Origin: Tubulanus polymorphus
Lineage: Eukaryota > Animalia > Nemertea
DNA: 64,000 bases
Assembly (NCBI RefSeq): GCF_964204645.1
Contig: NC_134028.1
Coordinates: forward strand, 11,455,263-11,519,262
Reading direction: 5' to 3'
Shown here one piece after another: positions 12,416 through 26,271 of the stretch (position 1 is the first letter of the stretch; every line of letters starts with the position of its first letter). Below the pieces are notes generated by a model, which was not told the origin of the DNA, made no database searches, and saw only the letters and a program-made list of their open reading frames with translations. Made by a program: the position numbers and the translations under genes.

Positions 12416-13246
12416 TATTATTCAATTTGAATTTACACATTACACCAGAGAATATAATTACTGTGATTAATCAAATTGTAATTTATAAGTTATTATTTCT
12501 TCCAGTATTAGAAGAATTAGATGGATTATCATTCGAATAAATAAAAGATAATTTCTGTGATTCATTTATATCAGTTAATTTCTTTTTCTTAGCTCTTTTT
12601 AACTCAGAAGATCTTTTATCTAATTCCCTTGCCAATTTAATTTGTTTTTCAGATTTAGGCTTTTTCTTAACATCATCACTGATTTATTTTACTTTTTGTG
12701 AAATGAAGCATATCCAACCCATTTTTGCAGTTCTGTCATAACTAAGTAATCATTTTTTAAATCACTATATAATTTATGTCCATCATTAATTGGTATTACC
12801 TGTTTGCATAACTTAGAATAACATTTTACAATTCCATCACTAATAGAATGATTTATTCGGGCTAATCTAGCTTCTTCATATATTTTAAAACATTTTATTA
12901 CTTTTTCTTTGTTCATAGAGTCTAATTCTTGATATGTTATAATTTTACTTAGGAATTCTTTGCATTTACCACTAGCAATAAGTAGCTCAAGTTGATGTTT
13001 ACAATATAAATAGTATTCAATGTCATTAACACTTTCAGTTGCTACATTATCATTATTATCAGTAATACCTAAATCATTTAATGTTTTTTCAATATCAATA
13101 TTATTCTTATTAGATTTCTTAGAGATTTATTTTAGAATATAAGTGAAAAAAATATTACAATTATTCTTCAAATGATATACCATTTAGTTAAAGTTAAAGA
13201 ATTCTAGTATCAACTAGATTTGAATATCTATTCAAAATATATATAT

Positions 13247-13277
<31 letters not shown>

Positions 13278-13945
13278 AGATGTAATAAACTTAATATATT
13301 TTCAATCATTTATTTATTAGATTAATTCTCAAATCTGATTCAATTACTTTTTTTAAGGAATCCACTGTGTATTTGTTTAGTCTCCATTTATTATACATAT
13401 TTTTTATTAAAATTGATTTTCATATATATGATATTCATATATAATGTTCATATATATGAATATTATTAGAGTAATAGGGTAAGTGTTGTTTCATATCAGA
13501 GGTTGAAAGGTTGAGTGAGTGAAAAATAAAAATAAATTCGAGCGTGTGAGAATCTATTTTTATTTTTATGAGCTCGACCTTTCGACCTTTGATCTGAAAA
13601 AAACACTTACCGTATTACTGCTCTCTAATGGAGAAAAGAGAGTTCTGAACAAGCTCTCTGGTGGGGAAAAAGAAAATATTGTGTAAGCGGCAGTAGAAGG
13701 AAAAGAAATGCTATACATTAAAAACGCTGTATGCTGACTCTTTACTTGGTTGTGATCTGATCTGGAAAAGTACATCGAGAAGAGCGATGTAAAATCTGGT
13801 ATTAGAATCATTAAACCTACGGAATATATGTTTCTTCTATTTCTTGCAAAATCAGTGGTCAATCCTCGATGCATTTTCAAGGCATTACCACATAATTTCT
13901 AAGCACGGGCGGGAGCACACGTGCTCCCGTCTAAATCTGCCTCTA

Positions 13946-14074
13946 AGCCCAGTTCCACAAAAAAATTAAACTCAATTTTTGGTGTAATTGCTATTGGTTA
14001 CTTCACGTTTTCAATGAAGACAACAATTCGAACTGATTTGTTTTAGGCTTAAACTTTTTCGTGAAACTGGGCCC
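13946..14074. mobile_element. Small Harbinger-type MITE
   Basis: Imperfect TIRs GCCCAGTTCCACAAAAAAATTAAA and TTAAACTTTTTCGTGAAACTGGGC. Confidence 0.55.
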
Positions 14075-14852
14075 TGGACTTAACCTGACCAGTAACCGGT
14101 AAGAGTACCGGTAGTTCGTTTTCCGTATGAAATCTCTTTATAAATAAATAGGTCTCTATCTTTCCCACGAATCGTAACCCAATTTCATTATATAGGCCTA
14201 TATTGAGACAAGAAATGAAAAGCTGGGCATATCAAGGGAGCATCATTGAAGCTTTCTATATTAATTAGGGTTTTCTATTTCTTCACAGAAAACCCTATTG
14301 AGTTCCGCGTGATTATTTTATTCCCCTTTCCACTCAGTCTTTGTTAAAAGTGCAAAGGCTTCCTTACCTTACCGCTGTTGCTGATACAATCCGTATGATA
14401 TTCTTCAGCTCACTTCAATCTCCAGATACTGCACGGGAATTTTGATAAATCCACGTTATAAAGGCACTGTCAAGCCGTAAACATCGGAAATTTGGCCCCG
14501 TTCAATTAGTAGCCATGTTGTGTTTTCTTCCGAAATATCTCTCTTCTTTTTGAGGAAGAGCTATCGAATTATTCCCTCTCTTCTCTACAATCAATTTCAA
14601 AGTCAATTCTATGAATTTATTGCTCAGCATGTTCGAGTCAAAGAGTTTACGAGCCCGGCGTTCGCGGGTCCGACAGGTTTACGGGCATTTATTTCTTACC
14701 TCTTTTATATTATTGATTTCTTGTTATTCCGGTTATTTCATTTAAGTATATTGCTGATCAGTTCATGTAACCGAAAGCGTCAATAAATAAATTTTGAATT
14801 GATCAAGTTTAAAATCAAGGTCGTTGAGTCGCGGGTGGCTACTAGAATTACG

Positions 14853-15588
14853 GCAAAAACCGTGATGTTTCCAATGTCTCCGTTTTTAACGCATGCGCAT
14901 TAGGCTTAGTAAGTGTTGGAAAAGTCTTATTTGAGAAATCAGTACAGTGCGCAGGCGTCACAACAGTATTTACATGTTTCAAAACTGGGTCATGTCAGTA
15001 CGGTATTCGCCTGAAATGAACCAGCGTGAGCTTTAGCAGCGGGATCGTGATGTCTAAATAATCTCATGTATCATATGCTTGCGTATCATATGTTTATACA
15101 ATTAAATGAATTGTCCAAATAAATAATCAGTGACATTGGGATCACCATAGAAAGTGCACTAAATCTCATAATGGTTAGCATTTTGAGATCAGCATTTTCG
15201 GGATTCGAACATGATAGCGCCGTATAAAATAAATCAGCGACACTGGAGTCATCGAAGTTCAAATCAAATTGAAATAAGTTCAGTATTTTTCGGGGCTCGA
15301 ATCTGGTAGCGCTGCAAAAATAAACGAGTGACACTGGGGTCATCAATGTTCAAATCGAATTGAAATAAGATAAATATTTATTGTGGGATTCGAATCTAAT
15401 AGAAACGGAAACATTGGAGTCATCAAAACACACATTCATTATGCGTACTGACATGACCCAGTTTTTAAAGTTCTGACATGTAGTGACGCCTGCGCACTCA
15501 TCCGATTTCTGGACTTCGAGAATTTCCCCAACACTCACTAATGCGCATGCGTTAAAAACAGAGAAATTGGAAACATTACGGTTTTTGC
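14853..15588. mobile_element. Mutator-like MITE with long TIRs and 9-bp TSD
   Basis: About 150-bp imperfect TIRs starting GCAAAAACCGTGATGTTTCCAAT. Exact TSD AGAATTACG at 14844-14852 and 15589-15597. Confidence 0.85.
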
Positions 15589-15784
15589 AGAATTACGTTC
15601 GTAAATTAAGTATCAGGTGATTATCGATAGCCTACTACGGTACACACAGTTGACAAACAGTGTTAGGCCTGTGCCGGTTGGTGCGACCTGGGACTAAAAT
15701 ATACTGGTTGGTCAGTTGGTTCGGTTGTGAAGTGTGGAAGCTAAAAAAGCCTACCGGTATTTATTTGTCTATAGGCCTATTATA

Positions 15785-16080
15785 TAGTAGCCAATGCCAT
15801 TTTAAGTACGTAGTTGTTACCCGTACGTGACCGTACGGTCATCTCCACAGGTTAACCGTACGCGAGTTCCCTACTAACGCCGTACGTGAGTTCCTAGTAG
15901 CCAATACCATTTTAAGTACGAAGTTGTTACCCGTACGTCAGTGGGTAAATCACTAGACTACTACCGGATTTTTTTTGGTTTCGAATCCCAATATTGCAAG
16001 TCTGAGCGTCAACGTACTCACATACGGCTAACCTGTAGAAATCACCGTACAGTCACGTACAGGTAACAACAGCATTTTAA
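15785..16080. repeat. Cluster of short direct and inverted repeats (MITE-like remnant)
   Basis: GTAGCCAAT(G/A)CCATTTTAAGTACG(T/A)AGTTGTTACCCGTACGT occurs twice, with an inverted partial copy at about 16045-16070. Confidence 0.5.
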
Positions 16081-18479
16081 GTGTTGAGTACGATAAGCCT
16101 ACCATGTCTTTGTACTACAAACACAACTTTTTCCCTCTCGTCGGCCCTACAATGATGTTACTATAACTGGTGCCATTATAACATGGATAGGATTTGGTCA
16201 GGACTAGCCTAAAGCCTAATTCGGTCTATGCACTAATTCACTCGATATGCCTATTTTTAAAACAATACAGTGAAGTATTCACACGCAGAAAGGCTAATTG
16301 ATTTGAGCCATGCAATTAAATTTTACTCTGGCCTGCTTACATTAATAGTCAAACCTAGATCCAAAACGTTCATGTGGTCACGGCTTGTATACCAGAAATC
16401 ATTGTAGGCCTGTTCATTTTGCTGTACGTAGGTTTGGTATACCGATTTCCCCAATCTTGACTGATAAGTGTACGGTACAGCTGTACGCATTATACAATTG
16501 TACCAATGGGAATAGGGTCTATTGATTGGGCTTATTATTTCCTGCTTAAGAATACTGAAATAAGCCTAACGTTCATTCAAATATCCAGCATCGGTGAAAG
16601 TTTGATTACTGTATGTACATTATTTTTCTCAGATCAAGAGTCACTCCCGTTTATTAGGAAACACACGCAACTAGTGGAATAGGTTTGATTTACACGCATG
16701 TTGCAGGTATTAATTGCTTATCACTATAGAATTTGTAATCCATAAAAGCCAAAATCAACATCAGCCGGAAACCCAGACCAAATCAATTCATGATTTATTG
16801 ATTGAATCTACACTACAATATATGTATTTATTCAAATATTTCAATAAAAAGATTAACTTCTTAAATCTATCCCAAATCATAATACGTTCTTTTCTGTAAA
16901 TTCACTCAATCTATCGACTCAGCAGGTGCTTAAGATTAGTTCTTAATAGGACAGATTCATTTCTAAGCATGGTGATAATACAGTTGTATCATGATGTTTG
17001 AATGCCAAAATAAATGCCTTGTCAAATACATTCATATTTGTTGATTGTACGTCCGCGTATGTTCGGTTTCAAAGCTGAATCATATTTGACGTTTACACAT
17101 AGGTTGCATATTAGGTTCGAATCTGTCAATGCATTTTATTCTATGTATCGGTTTCAATTTAACTACAATTCCCATCTGAATGGCTTTGCAGAAAACTCGT
17201 CATTGAATTGTTAGTTATTTGGTTTAGGCCTAAGGATCGCTCGCCCAGAAAATAATGAATTCTACCAAAATTTCTTGGGCGAAGTTACACCATGTCCTGA
17301 AATCTAGATATCCGTCGCTCAAAATTCCTGTACAATGTACTACAACTTAAGCGCAAAATTTAGATGTCGGAGTAGTAATTATCAAGTTTCAATAGTAGAA
17401 GTCTTATGGAACAAACTGACAGTCATTCTCTGGATACGCCCGCCCTCCCCAGGGTTCAGTGTTAAGGGAAAGTTTAACTCCTTATAATTAATTTTTAATT
17501 TCTTCACCGATTCAGTTATTTGAATTGATGCCACAATTTTTATTTTGAGCAACTGGTCATAGGATAATCATTCATATTTTTATCTTACAACTAAGTTAGT
17601 TTTCTTGATACTTCCAGGATTCAGTCAGTCTCTACCGCGATCCAAAGCCAGGACAATAATATCTAATGATCACTTAGCAACGCGCGGAAAACGAAGTCGA
17701 GGTTGCTTCGAGGATCACTTCGAAAACAAAGACGCGTAATAAAATCGATTCGAAACGTCGGGTTAATCGGTACGACAGCTTGGCACAACCCGTCTGTGTA
17801 ATCCGTTGCTTGTTTATTTGTTTACATAACAAACCAAAGACTTACACAAAAATGAAAATATGCCGGATTTTATGGGTTAAAAAACTCCTTCATCAATAAA
17901 CCATTTTAAAATAATCACTCGTTTCGTTCACGATGTAATATCACTTTAGTACTCGTTCGCGTCTGCTTTGAACACTGATTCATTTGCCTTTCGAGCTAGA
18001 GTGAACTTAAACAAATTTTTTCGTTGCATTTGAGAGTAAAATCTTATCTGTCTACAGACCAATTCTCTTCCAAGAATGTTGTCAAGTAATCTGAAAACTA
18101 TACGTGCGCTGTATGCGAAGCGTCAAATTAGTGTAGATCACAGCTATCACCGACACCGTGAAGTAGCACCACCAAGCCCAGGAAGACCAGGTTTAGGTAG
18201 TGTAGTACCATTAGATTACCTGATTGATCACGGCTATTGCAAAAAAGTAACAGGTTCAGGCACCAACGATGCTGAAAAACAATTTGCGCAAAATCCTAAT
18301 AAGGATCCTAATTCTATCGTCAAACTCCCAACGAAAAGAACGTACGCCCAGGATGTTAGCGGAAGATCCCTGCCCAGACCCAGTGTTTCCAAAACTTCAA
18401 ACACCAGTCGGTCCAACAGCATTGCCAGCAAAAGTAATCACCGAATTTCCTCGGCCTATGATTTCCTTAAATGAGCGAA

Positions 18480-18875
18480 ATTATTGTATTACTAATGTTC
18501 CATGTGATGGCTATTGTTTTTTCCATTGCCTAAGTATGGCACTTTTTGCAAATACTGAGTTCACTCAGACCTTAAGGCAATCTATTTGTCATCACATAGG
18601 CCTAGTAGATAATTTTCCTATCTACAAGTCTGAAGTCGTGGCAGACCATAACCTTCCTTCTGACTCCAAGGAATCATACACTTCTGCTGTGATAAATGCT
18701 AATGGCTGGGCAACAAGCAGTGAGGTCAAAGCAGCTGCACATATTTTGATGTGTGATATCACTACATGGGTGTATGGCACTAATGGGAAGCACTTTCCAG
18801 TTAAGTATTTTTCTGGAGAAAATAACAGTCCCCAAATACATTGATTAATGAGAAATAGCCATTATTCTCTATTAG
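18480..18875 (+). pseudogene. OTU-like cysteine protease domain of the Helitron
   Basis: DGYCFF catalytic Cys motif, WATSSEV motif, and HY after an in-frame stop. Confidence 0.75.
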
Positions 18876-21800
18876 GCTATAATCCAAAAAGGCAGACACA
18901 TCTTTATCAACTGAGGGGCAGCAGTTGCCTAGTAGATCTACAGGTACAACGTCAGCTACCAAAGCACCAAAAAGAAAAACATGTAACGAAGCATCCCCTG
19001 TTTTTCACAAACAATCAAAGCAGGTGGTTACCTACAAAAAGCAAACAAAGTTGCTGATAAAAATCTGCTCCAGCTACAAAACTCTACGTATCTAGACAAG
19101 TGGGGGTATTCAATAAACACAAGGTGCCAAAAATATAAAAGCCCAACAAACAAATTCTGAAGCCCCTAACATTTTCATGCCTCAAACGAAAACGACTGAT
19201 TTCAACCAGGCATTAAAAAATACATGCCTTTGAATTGAAGGAAATGTCGTATGAATTTGGCAAATGTAATGTTTGCCTGGAACGTCGCCTGGAAATGAAA
19301 GTGGCGAAAACAAATAGGTCCATGTGTCACCTGTGCTTCGTGGACAAAGAGCAGGTAAAATTGTTCTCTCATGGTAATCACATGGACCCTTTAGAGGTTC
19401 CAAGTGAACTGAGCAATTTAACCTTAGTTGAGCAGCAATTGATCTGCAGAATTGCTCCAACTATCAATGTTCACTTGCTAAAACATGGAGGCATTGGTTC
19501 AAGTGGACATTCTGTAACATTCCCACAGGATATTGATGAACCTGCTCAAATCCTCCCAAAACTTCCCCATGAAATCAATATATTGAGAGTACGATGACAA
19601 GGTCGCAATGTTACCACAAAATAATTTAATGTTCAACGAAAAACAGTAGAAGCAGCACTTAACTGGCTAAAAAGGAATAATCCAGCATATGCCGACATCT
19701 CTGCAGAGCGCCTCAATCAGTTACCTCAAAATGGGGAAATTGATATCCAAACGGTTGATACAATTGCGATGTACAACACATCAATGATCAAGGTCCAGCT
19801 CCTGAGCAAATAAATCCAGGTGAAATTACCGATTGCGAAACAACATCCTCTGTAAATCTGCCGGACTCGACATCCGCACAGAAGTTGAAACATAGTTCGG
19901 AACATTGTTGGCGATGATCATGGCCCAGTCACCGAAAGCAAACGTGGTGTTATAACCATACCATGGCCCACACGTGACAATTCTCCAATTCCAGAATTTA
20001 CAACAAAATAGTTTTTCACACTAGCTTTCCCGTTTTATTTCCATATGGCCTAGACAATTTTAACATCAATCGTCCAAGAACTATTTCATCACTTTCAGCA
20101 TGGGCAGATAATCTACTGTGGTGTCAAGACGGCCGCTTCGCAAAACATCATTTCTTTAAATTCATAGTTCACAACATTATATCCCGCAAAAAAGCACTGG
20201 AACAGAGCCAATTCATCTTTCACCAAAAGCTTGGAGACCCATATCTGTCAGCTTTTGATCTGAAAAAACAAATTGAACAAGGTGACACTTCGATAACAAG
20301 GAAAATCGCTTACTAGAGTTCAAATCTGAGGGGTACATCACAATATTGGGCCCAAAAAGCCAAAAAGCCTTGTCACAGTACCAAATAAACACTGGAAAAG
20401 GTTTACCATGCTTTTCTACTACGGGCAGATGTGCAGAATACCATTTTAAGCCACTTCGTCGCTTACTAAAAAGTGTATATCCAACAAACAACTGGACAGG
20501 ACCTTTGAAAATCACGATAATTTATTCAAAGCACTACAAGAGAACTGTCACATTGTTGGGCACTATTTGGATTTACGTACCCAAAATTAGTTTAAGCAGG
20601 TAATAGGACCCATCTTCGGAGTTGATGCCTACTGGTATCGACAAGAATTTGCAAAATCTCGTGGGGTTATTCACTGGCATCGATTGTGCTGGCAAGCTGA
20701 CCGACAGCCGCACATCCTATTCCACGAGTCCATTGAAAATGGCCTTAGTGAATCAGAATGCGCTGAAGTTCTGTCTAAGTGGGCAGAAAGCACATTCAAA
20801 ATGACATCACTGCATCCTGGTGGAAAAGATATACGTGGAAATCCACGCAAAGATTTATCGGCCCCACCAGAAGGAACAGCTCCAGCCCGCCTGAAGAAAA
20901 GAACTCGCTAGTAAAATTATTAATGGATGCGAGTGACAGACAAGAATCCATACTTGAAGATTACATCTTACTTTGCAAGCAATAGAGTCAACGTACACCG
21001 ATGCTCAGATTACTGTAGAAGAACTAAAAGGAAAGTGTGCCGCATGCAATTTGGGTCCGAAAACCAGCCAGGACAACCTGCAAGAGAAACGGCAGCAATT
21101 ATTAAAGACCAAAATCAATCAATGCGTCTAGAAATGCCACGTGACCATCCCTTCCTTGTGCAAAATTCCCAATACCATACGCAAGCTTAGCGTGCAAATG
21201 GAGATATTTCTATCATTCGTTCCAAATCTGAGCCAGACATACCCTCAGTAGAAGAGATTATTGCAACAGAGAAATATATTTGTGGATATGCATGCAAAGG
21301 GAATGAAGTGACTGGTGTGCTGGTTGATTTATTTGATGACACCATCAACGTGACAGATGAAACTGCAGTATCCACTCGGTCACTAATTTCAAAAAAGCTG
21401 ATAGGTACAGTAAAAAGAGACATTTCCGCCATAGAAGCTGCATACGAGTTGTCATCATTCCCGCTCTATAGATGCTCGCATCAATTTCTATCAATGAGCA
21501 TGACAGGTTCAAGAGTTTTAGAAAAAAAGGAATGACAGCTACAAAGAGTACAGCCTTCGATAAATATTTACAGAGGCACCAGACTGATACTTCATCATGG
21601 TACAATCATGTCTGCAAACAGGGAAAGGTACCAGTAGTCAGTGGGAATCAAACCCGTGCAACATGATTCCTTACCGAAGAGTATTGCCGTACGATGCTTC
21701 TTCTACATTGGCCCAACTGGCGAAAAGTTGAGGACATCAAATCATTTGATTCAAGTTGGGTTGAAACAATGGAAAACTTTTCTCTCTCTGCTGCATGCCC

Positions 21801-22039
21801 AATTTCGTACTGGCAGATATCCAGAGAGCCAAAAACAAATCAACCCAGCCAGAAAATCCCAATGAACTTGAATCAGATGATGGCTCAATCAATGAATCCA
21901 GCCAACAACAACCAGAATGGATCGATTTAGTACGGCCAACCATTGATTATAATCCTGCCATGAATAATTTCAATTCGATAATGGCGGTCCAGAGCATGAT
22001 TGGAGTTGGGCCAATCTGTTATATCCACTTGACTATGGA

Positions 22040-22714
22040 TTGACGTGGGTAGAATCGCTTGGCTGTGATAAAACTAATACAAGTAATGAGGTAGAATTGC
22101 CGAATGTAGATTGTTCCACCCTATACAGTGATCAACGATTTGCGTTTAACCTGGTAATGCAGACTTTGATCAACTACAACAATGGGTCTCCAGATTTTGA
22201 ACCATTGCGCCATATTGTAGCAGGTACAGCAGGCTGTGGGAAATCCTATTTAATTAATTGTATTGTCAGAGCAGCCCGTACATTTTTACATAAAAACGAA
22301 GCTGTCCAGGTAGTCTGCCCAACAGGTAATAGTGTCAATCTTATTGGAGGTGTTACTCTACATAGTTTCTTTAAAATTCCAATCAACGCTAGTGGCAGCA
22401 AATAGATGACACCACCGCAATGACTAACTGGCCAACAGCTACAGTCAAATTGCGAACATCTATTAGTCCTTTTAGTTGACGAAAGATCTTCAATAGGCTG
22501 CACAACTCTAGGATGGATGGAGTATTTTTGTTCCCATGGAGTCAACAATGGCAGAACATCCAATGAACCCTGGGGGTATACCTGTCATTGTATTTTTAGG
22601 CGACGACATTCAACTGCCGCCAGTTTGCGACAGTCCTGTTTACCTATGAAAATCCACAATTCCTGCTGCAATGCATGGCGCAATGGTTTGGAAGCGATTC
22701 AACACAGCCATTAT
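22040..22714 (+). pseudogene. PIF1-like helicase N-terminal half (continues at 25762-26280)
   Basis: SDQRFAF, GTAGCGKS, CPTG..GGVTLHSFF, VDE, GDDIQLPPV. Confidence 0.85.
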
Positions 22715-25700
22715 TAGATCACCTATTGACAATTCTTTGAAAGACAGATTGAAATCTCTTGGGATATATAAAATGTCATCAACAAGACGTAAACACCGTG
22801 GTGGTAAAGCTTTAACACTTGGAGTACTGAACTGTCAATCAGTGAGAAATAAGTGTGATGAAATCTGGGACCTAGTAATTAGTCATGATATTGATATATT
22901 CTGTCTAACTGAAATATGGATAACATCTGGTCCAAAGGATAAACGTTTTGTGAAAGCATTGAATAGCCATGGATATAGATTTGAATTCATTCCTCGAGAG
23001 AAAGGTTATGGAGGAGTCGGAATACTTGTGAAGGACACAGTGAAATCAGTTGATTTTGTGAAGTGTGACGTGTTTCAAAGCATTGAAGTAATGCAGCTTC
23101 GGATAAATCTTGCCTCAAAATGGCTTCGTGTGGTCGCTATATACCTCACACCACCGTCACCACAAAACAAATTGACAACTTCACAGTACTTTGAGGAGAT
23201 GCCTGATTTACTGACATCTCTCATCAGTACCACTGATGATCTTGTTATTGTGGGTGACATCAACTTCCACCTTGATATACCCTCAAAGCCGGAATGCAGA
23301 AGGTTTTTGGATATGATTGGCGTTTTTCGACTTGAACAGCACGTTGCTGAACCCACACATCGTGATGGACATATCCTCGATGTTGTAATGACAAGGACTG
23401 GCGCCAGATTTTTGCGATCTCTTAATGTTGGTGATTTGATATCTGATCATGCTATAATTGTTTGTAGATTGAGGCATCGTAAGCCAGTTCCTATGATGGC
23501 CACAAGGACTGTCAGGAAGTTACGAACATTAGACAATGATCTATTCAATATCTATTCTATATCGAACCAAAATGTTCAGGAAATGAATAATGTACAGGAC
23601 GCTATACTGCAATTTAACGACTCGCTCCAAAAAGCTTTGGATAAGCAAGCACCTCAAAAAACCATATCTGTCACAATTCGCCCCTCTCGCCCATGGTTTA
23701 CGGATGAGTTGATCATTGCAAAGCAAAATAAACGTAAAGCTGAGAAAGTTTGGCGAAATTCGAAACTAACAGTTCATTATCAGATATACCAGCGCTGCCG
23801 CAAAGAGTACAGTAAAATGATACAGAGAGCGAAGTCATCCTATTATAATACACTTATTGAGGATGCTGCTGGTGATCAAAAGAAACTCCAGCGTGTTTAC
23901 AACGAAATTCTACAGGGCGGAAAAACTTCTAGTTTGCTGAAGCATGATAACCCTGGTGAACTCGCTGACCACTTTGTTAAGTTCTTTCTGGACAAGGTTG
24001 AGGTCATCCGTTCTACGCTACCAGTTGATTCGTTGCCAAACATGCAGAATTCAGTTCTTTCTGAGTGTATAATGAACGAGTTTGAACAAACAGATGATGA
24101 TGAAGTTCGGAAAATCATCATGAGCGCTCCAAACAAATCGTGCGCACTTGATCCACTTCCGACTTGGTTATTCAAAAACGTTGTGGATTGTGTATTGCCA
24201 GCTGTGACTTACATTGGGAATTTTTGTCAATGGCTAGTGGATCTGTACCTGATTCCATGAAGGTAGCAATTGTAACACCAATTCTCAAGAAGTCATCTCT
24301 GGATCCTGAGTCTCTCCAGAACTATCGCCCAGTTAGTAATCTCTCATTTGTGTCTAAGGTTCTCGAGAGAGTTGTAGCCAGTCGACTGCGTGAGTACATG
24401 GATCGTAACCATCTTCGCGATGTCTAGCAATCAGCCTATAAACCAAGGCATAGCACAGAGACAGCTTTGCTCAAGGTGCAAGATGACATTCGTACCCTCA
24501 TCGATTAGGGTTCAATTGTGATACTGATACTACTCGATCTTAGTGCGGCATTTGATACGGTAGATCACACTGTGTTACTCTCTCGCATCAAACATTACCT
24601 AGGCATCGATGGAAGAACACTCCAAAGGTTCAAGTCGTACCTCACCCACAGGACATTGAATGTTACTGTTAACGGCCATGCCTCTGATTCATACGAGTTA
24701 AAGTGTGGGGTACCACAAGGCTCAGTGTTGGGCCCCTTACTCTTTCTTATCTATGTGCTTCCTCTGGGTGAACTGATAAAATCATTTGATATTGATGGAC
24801 ATGGATTTGCAGATGACAACCAAGTGTACAAGGCAATTAAATCCATTCATGATCCGTCACGTGTAAATCAAAAACTGTCAAATGTTGAGAAGTGTTTGGT
24901 CGCGGTGTATAAATGGTATACCGACAATTTCCTCAAAGCAAATGCTGGAAAGACTGAGGTATTTCTCTTAGGTACATCGCAGCGTCTCAATATTACCGAC
25001 ATTGAATCTCTCATGGTCGCGGGTGTTTGTGTCCCTGTTTCAAAGTCGCCGATCTGCAATCTCGGTGTTATGTTCGATCATAGAATGTCTATGAGTGCAC
25101 ATGTGAAATCTGTTTTGAAAAGCGGATATTTTCACATTCGTAACATTGGATTAGCTAGAAAGAATCTGAATAGAAATGCTACCAAGGCACTTGTCCAAGC
25201 TCTTGTCTTGTCTAGGCTGGACTACTGTAATAGCCTTCTGGCTGGAATAACCAGTGACTTGTGTGGAAGCTTACAGAAATTACAAAACTGTGCAGCACGA
25301 TTAGTTTTGCGCACCCCAAAACGAGAGCATATAACTCCCGCGCTCATGCAGTTACACTGGCTACCAGTAAAAGCAAGAATTGACTTCAAAACACTACTGC
25401 TAGTATTCAAAGCTCTTACCGGAATAGCACCGGCCTATATTGCTGATCTAATCACTGTGTATACCCCAAGGCGAACACTTCGATCATCTAACCAATTCAA
25501 ACCAGAACCATCATTCAGCTACATCTACATTTGGCGGCGGAGCCTTCTCATCCCACGCACCTAGACTCTGGAATCATTTCATCGACTCAAGAGAATCTAC
25601 ACTTACCACGACAGTTGACCGGTTCAAATCTCACATCAAAACAAAACTATTCAGCCAATACTATTCCCTGGAGCGCAATTGAACTTTGTATTTTAACATG

Positions 25701-25723
25701 GAAAGCTGCGCTATACAAATCCA

Positions 25724-25754
<31 letters not shown>
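22715..25754 (+). mobile_element. L2-clade (CR1/L2 group) LINE ORF2 (APE endonuclease + RT) with (ATT)n tail, inserted into the Helitron helicase
   Basis: LNCQS, TEIW, GGVGI, GDINFH, HILD, SDH (APE); NYRPVSNL, LDLSAAFDTVDH, GVPQGSVLGP, FADD, LHWLPV (RT). A few stops and frameshifts. 3' end GCGCTATACAAAT followed by (ATT)n. Confidence 0.92.
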
Positions 25755-26271
25755 AGGCCTACTTGAAAAAGTGATTCGCCAAAAAGCTGATCAGCAGCAG
25801 TTAATATGTGTCCTTTCTGCTTTGCGCGAGTATAGACTTACCGGCATTCAAGCTCAGTGGCTCCAAAAATTTCAATGGGGCAACCTAGAAAAAACAAACG
25901 GTTCAGATTTATTAAATCGAATTACTAACAACGGCCTCTTGCTTTTTCCAACACATGACCTCGAATGCAGCCACAACATAAACTAATTGAAAAATTTTGT
26001 ATTTGAAAAAAAACGCAAGTCATCCAGTTGCTAAAGTAGAAGCCGAAATGCAAGGACCCCACGTAAGCAAATGCAATGACGATAAAGCCGGAGGTCTCAG
26101 TCGGTGCATCGACATTTGTAATGATGCAAAAGTGATGCTAACAACGAATCTTAATGTACCATACGGATTATCTTATGGGTCCACTGGAATCATCAAGGAC
26201 ATTATCTAAGTGGAAGGAGTCCAGTTGAATCACAACCAGATGTAGTCATGATCGACTTTCCTAACTATACC

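Larger units (their letters stand above)
10533..13130. mobile_element. Fragmented Polinton/Maverick-like (polintovirus) endogenous element
   Basis: Very AT-rich block of juxtaposed gene fragments: Maverick-type integrase, putative capsid, a coiled-coil plus hydrophobic-helix protein (SLKDRTKLLSKLEGITILSILTAVTMIFTTIGL, about 11025-11125), and a hypothetical protein (LIASGKCKEFLSKIITYQELDSMNKEKVIKCFKIYEEARL). Confidence 0.75.

Noticed and set aside
22671-24260. 529-aa ORF as a native Helentron helicase-endonuclease fusion
   Set aside because: The APE domain is followed by a LINE RT and an (ATT)n tail and interrupts the helicase mid-domain, so it is an inserted LINE.
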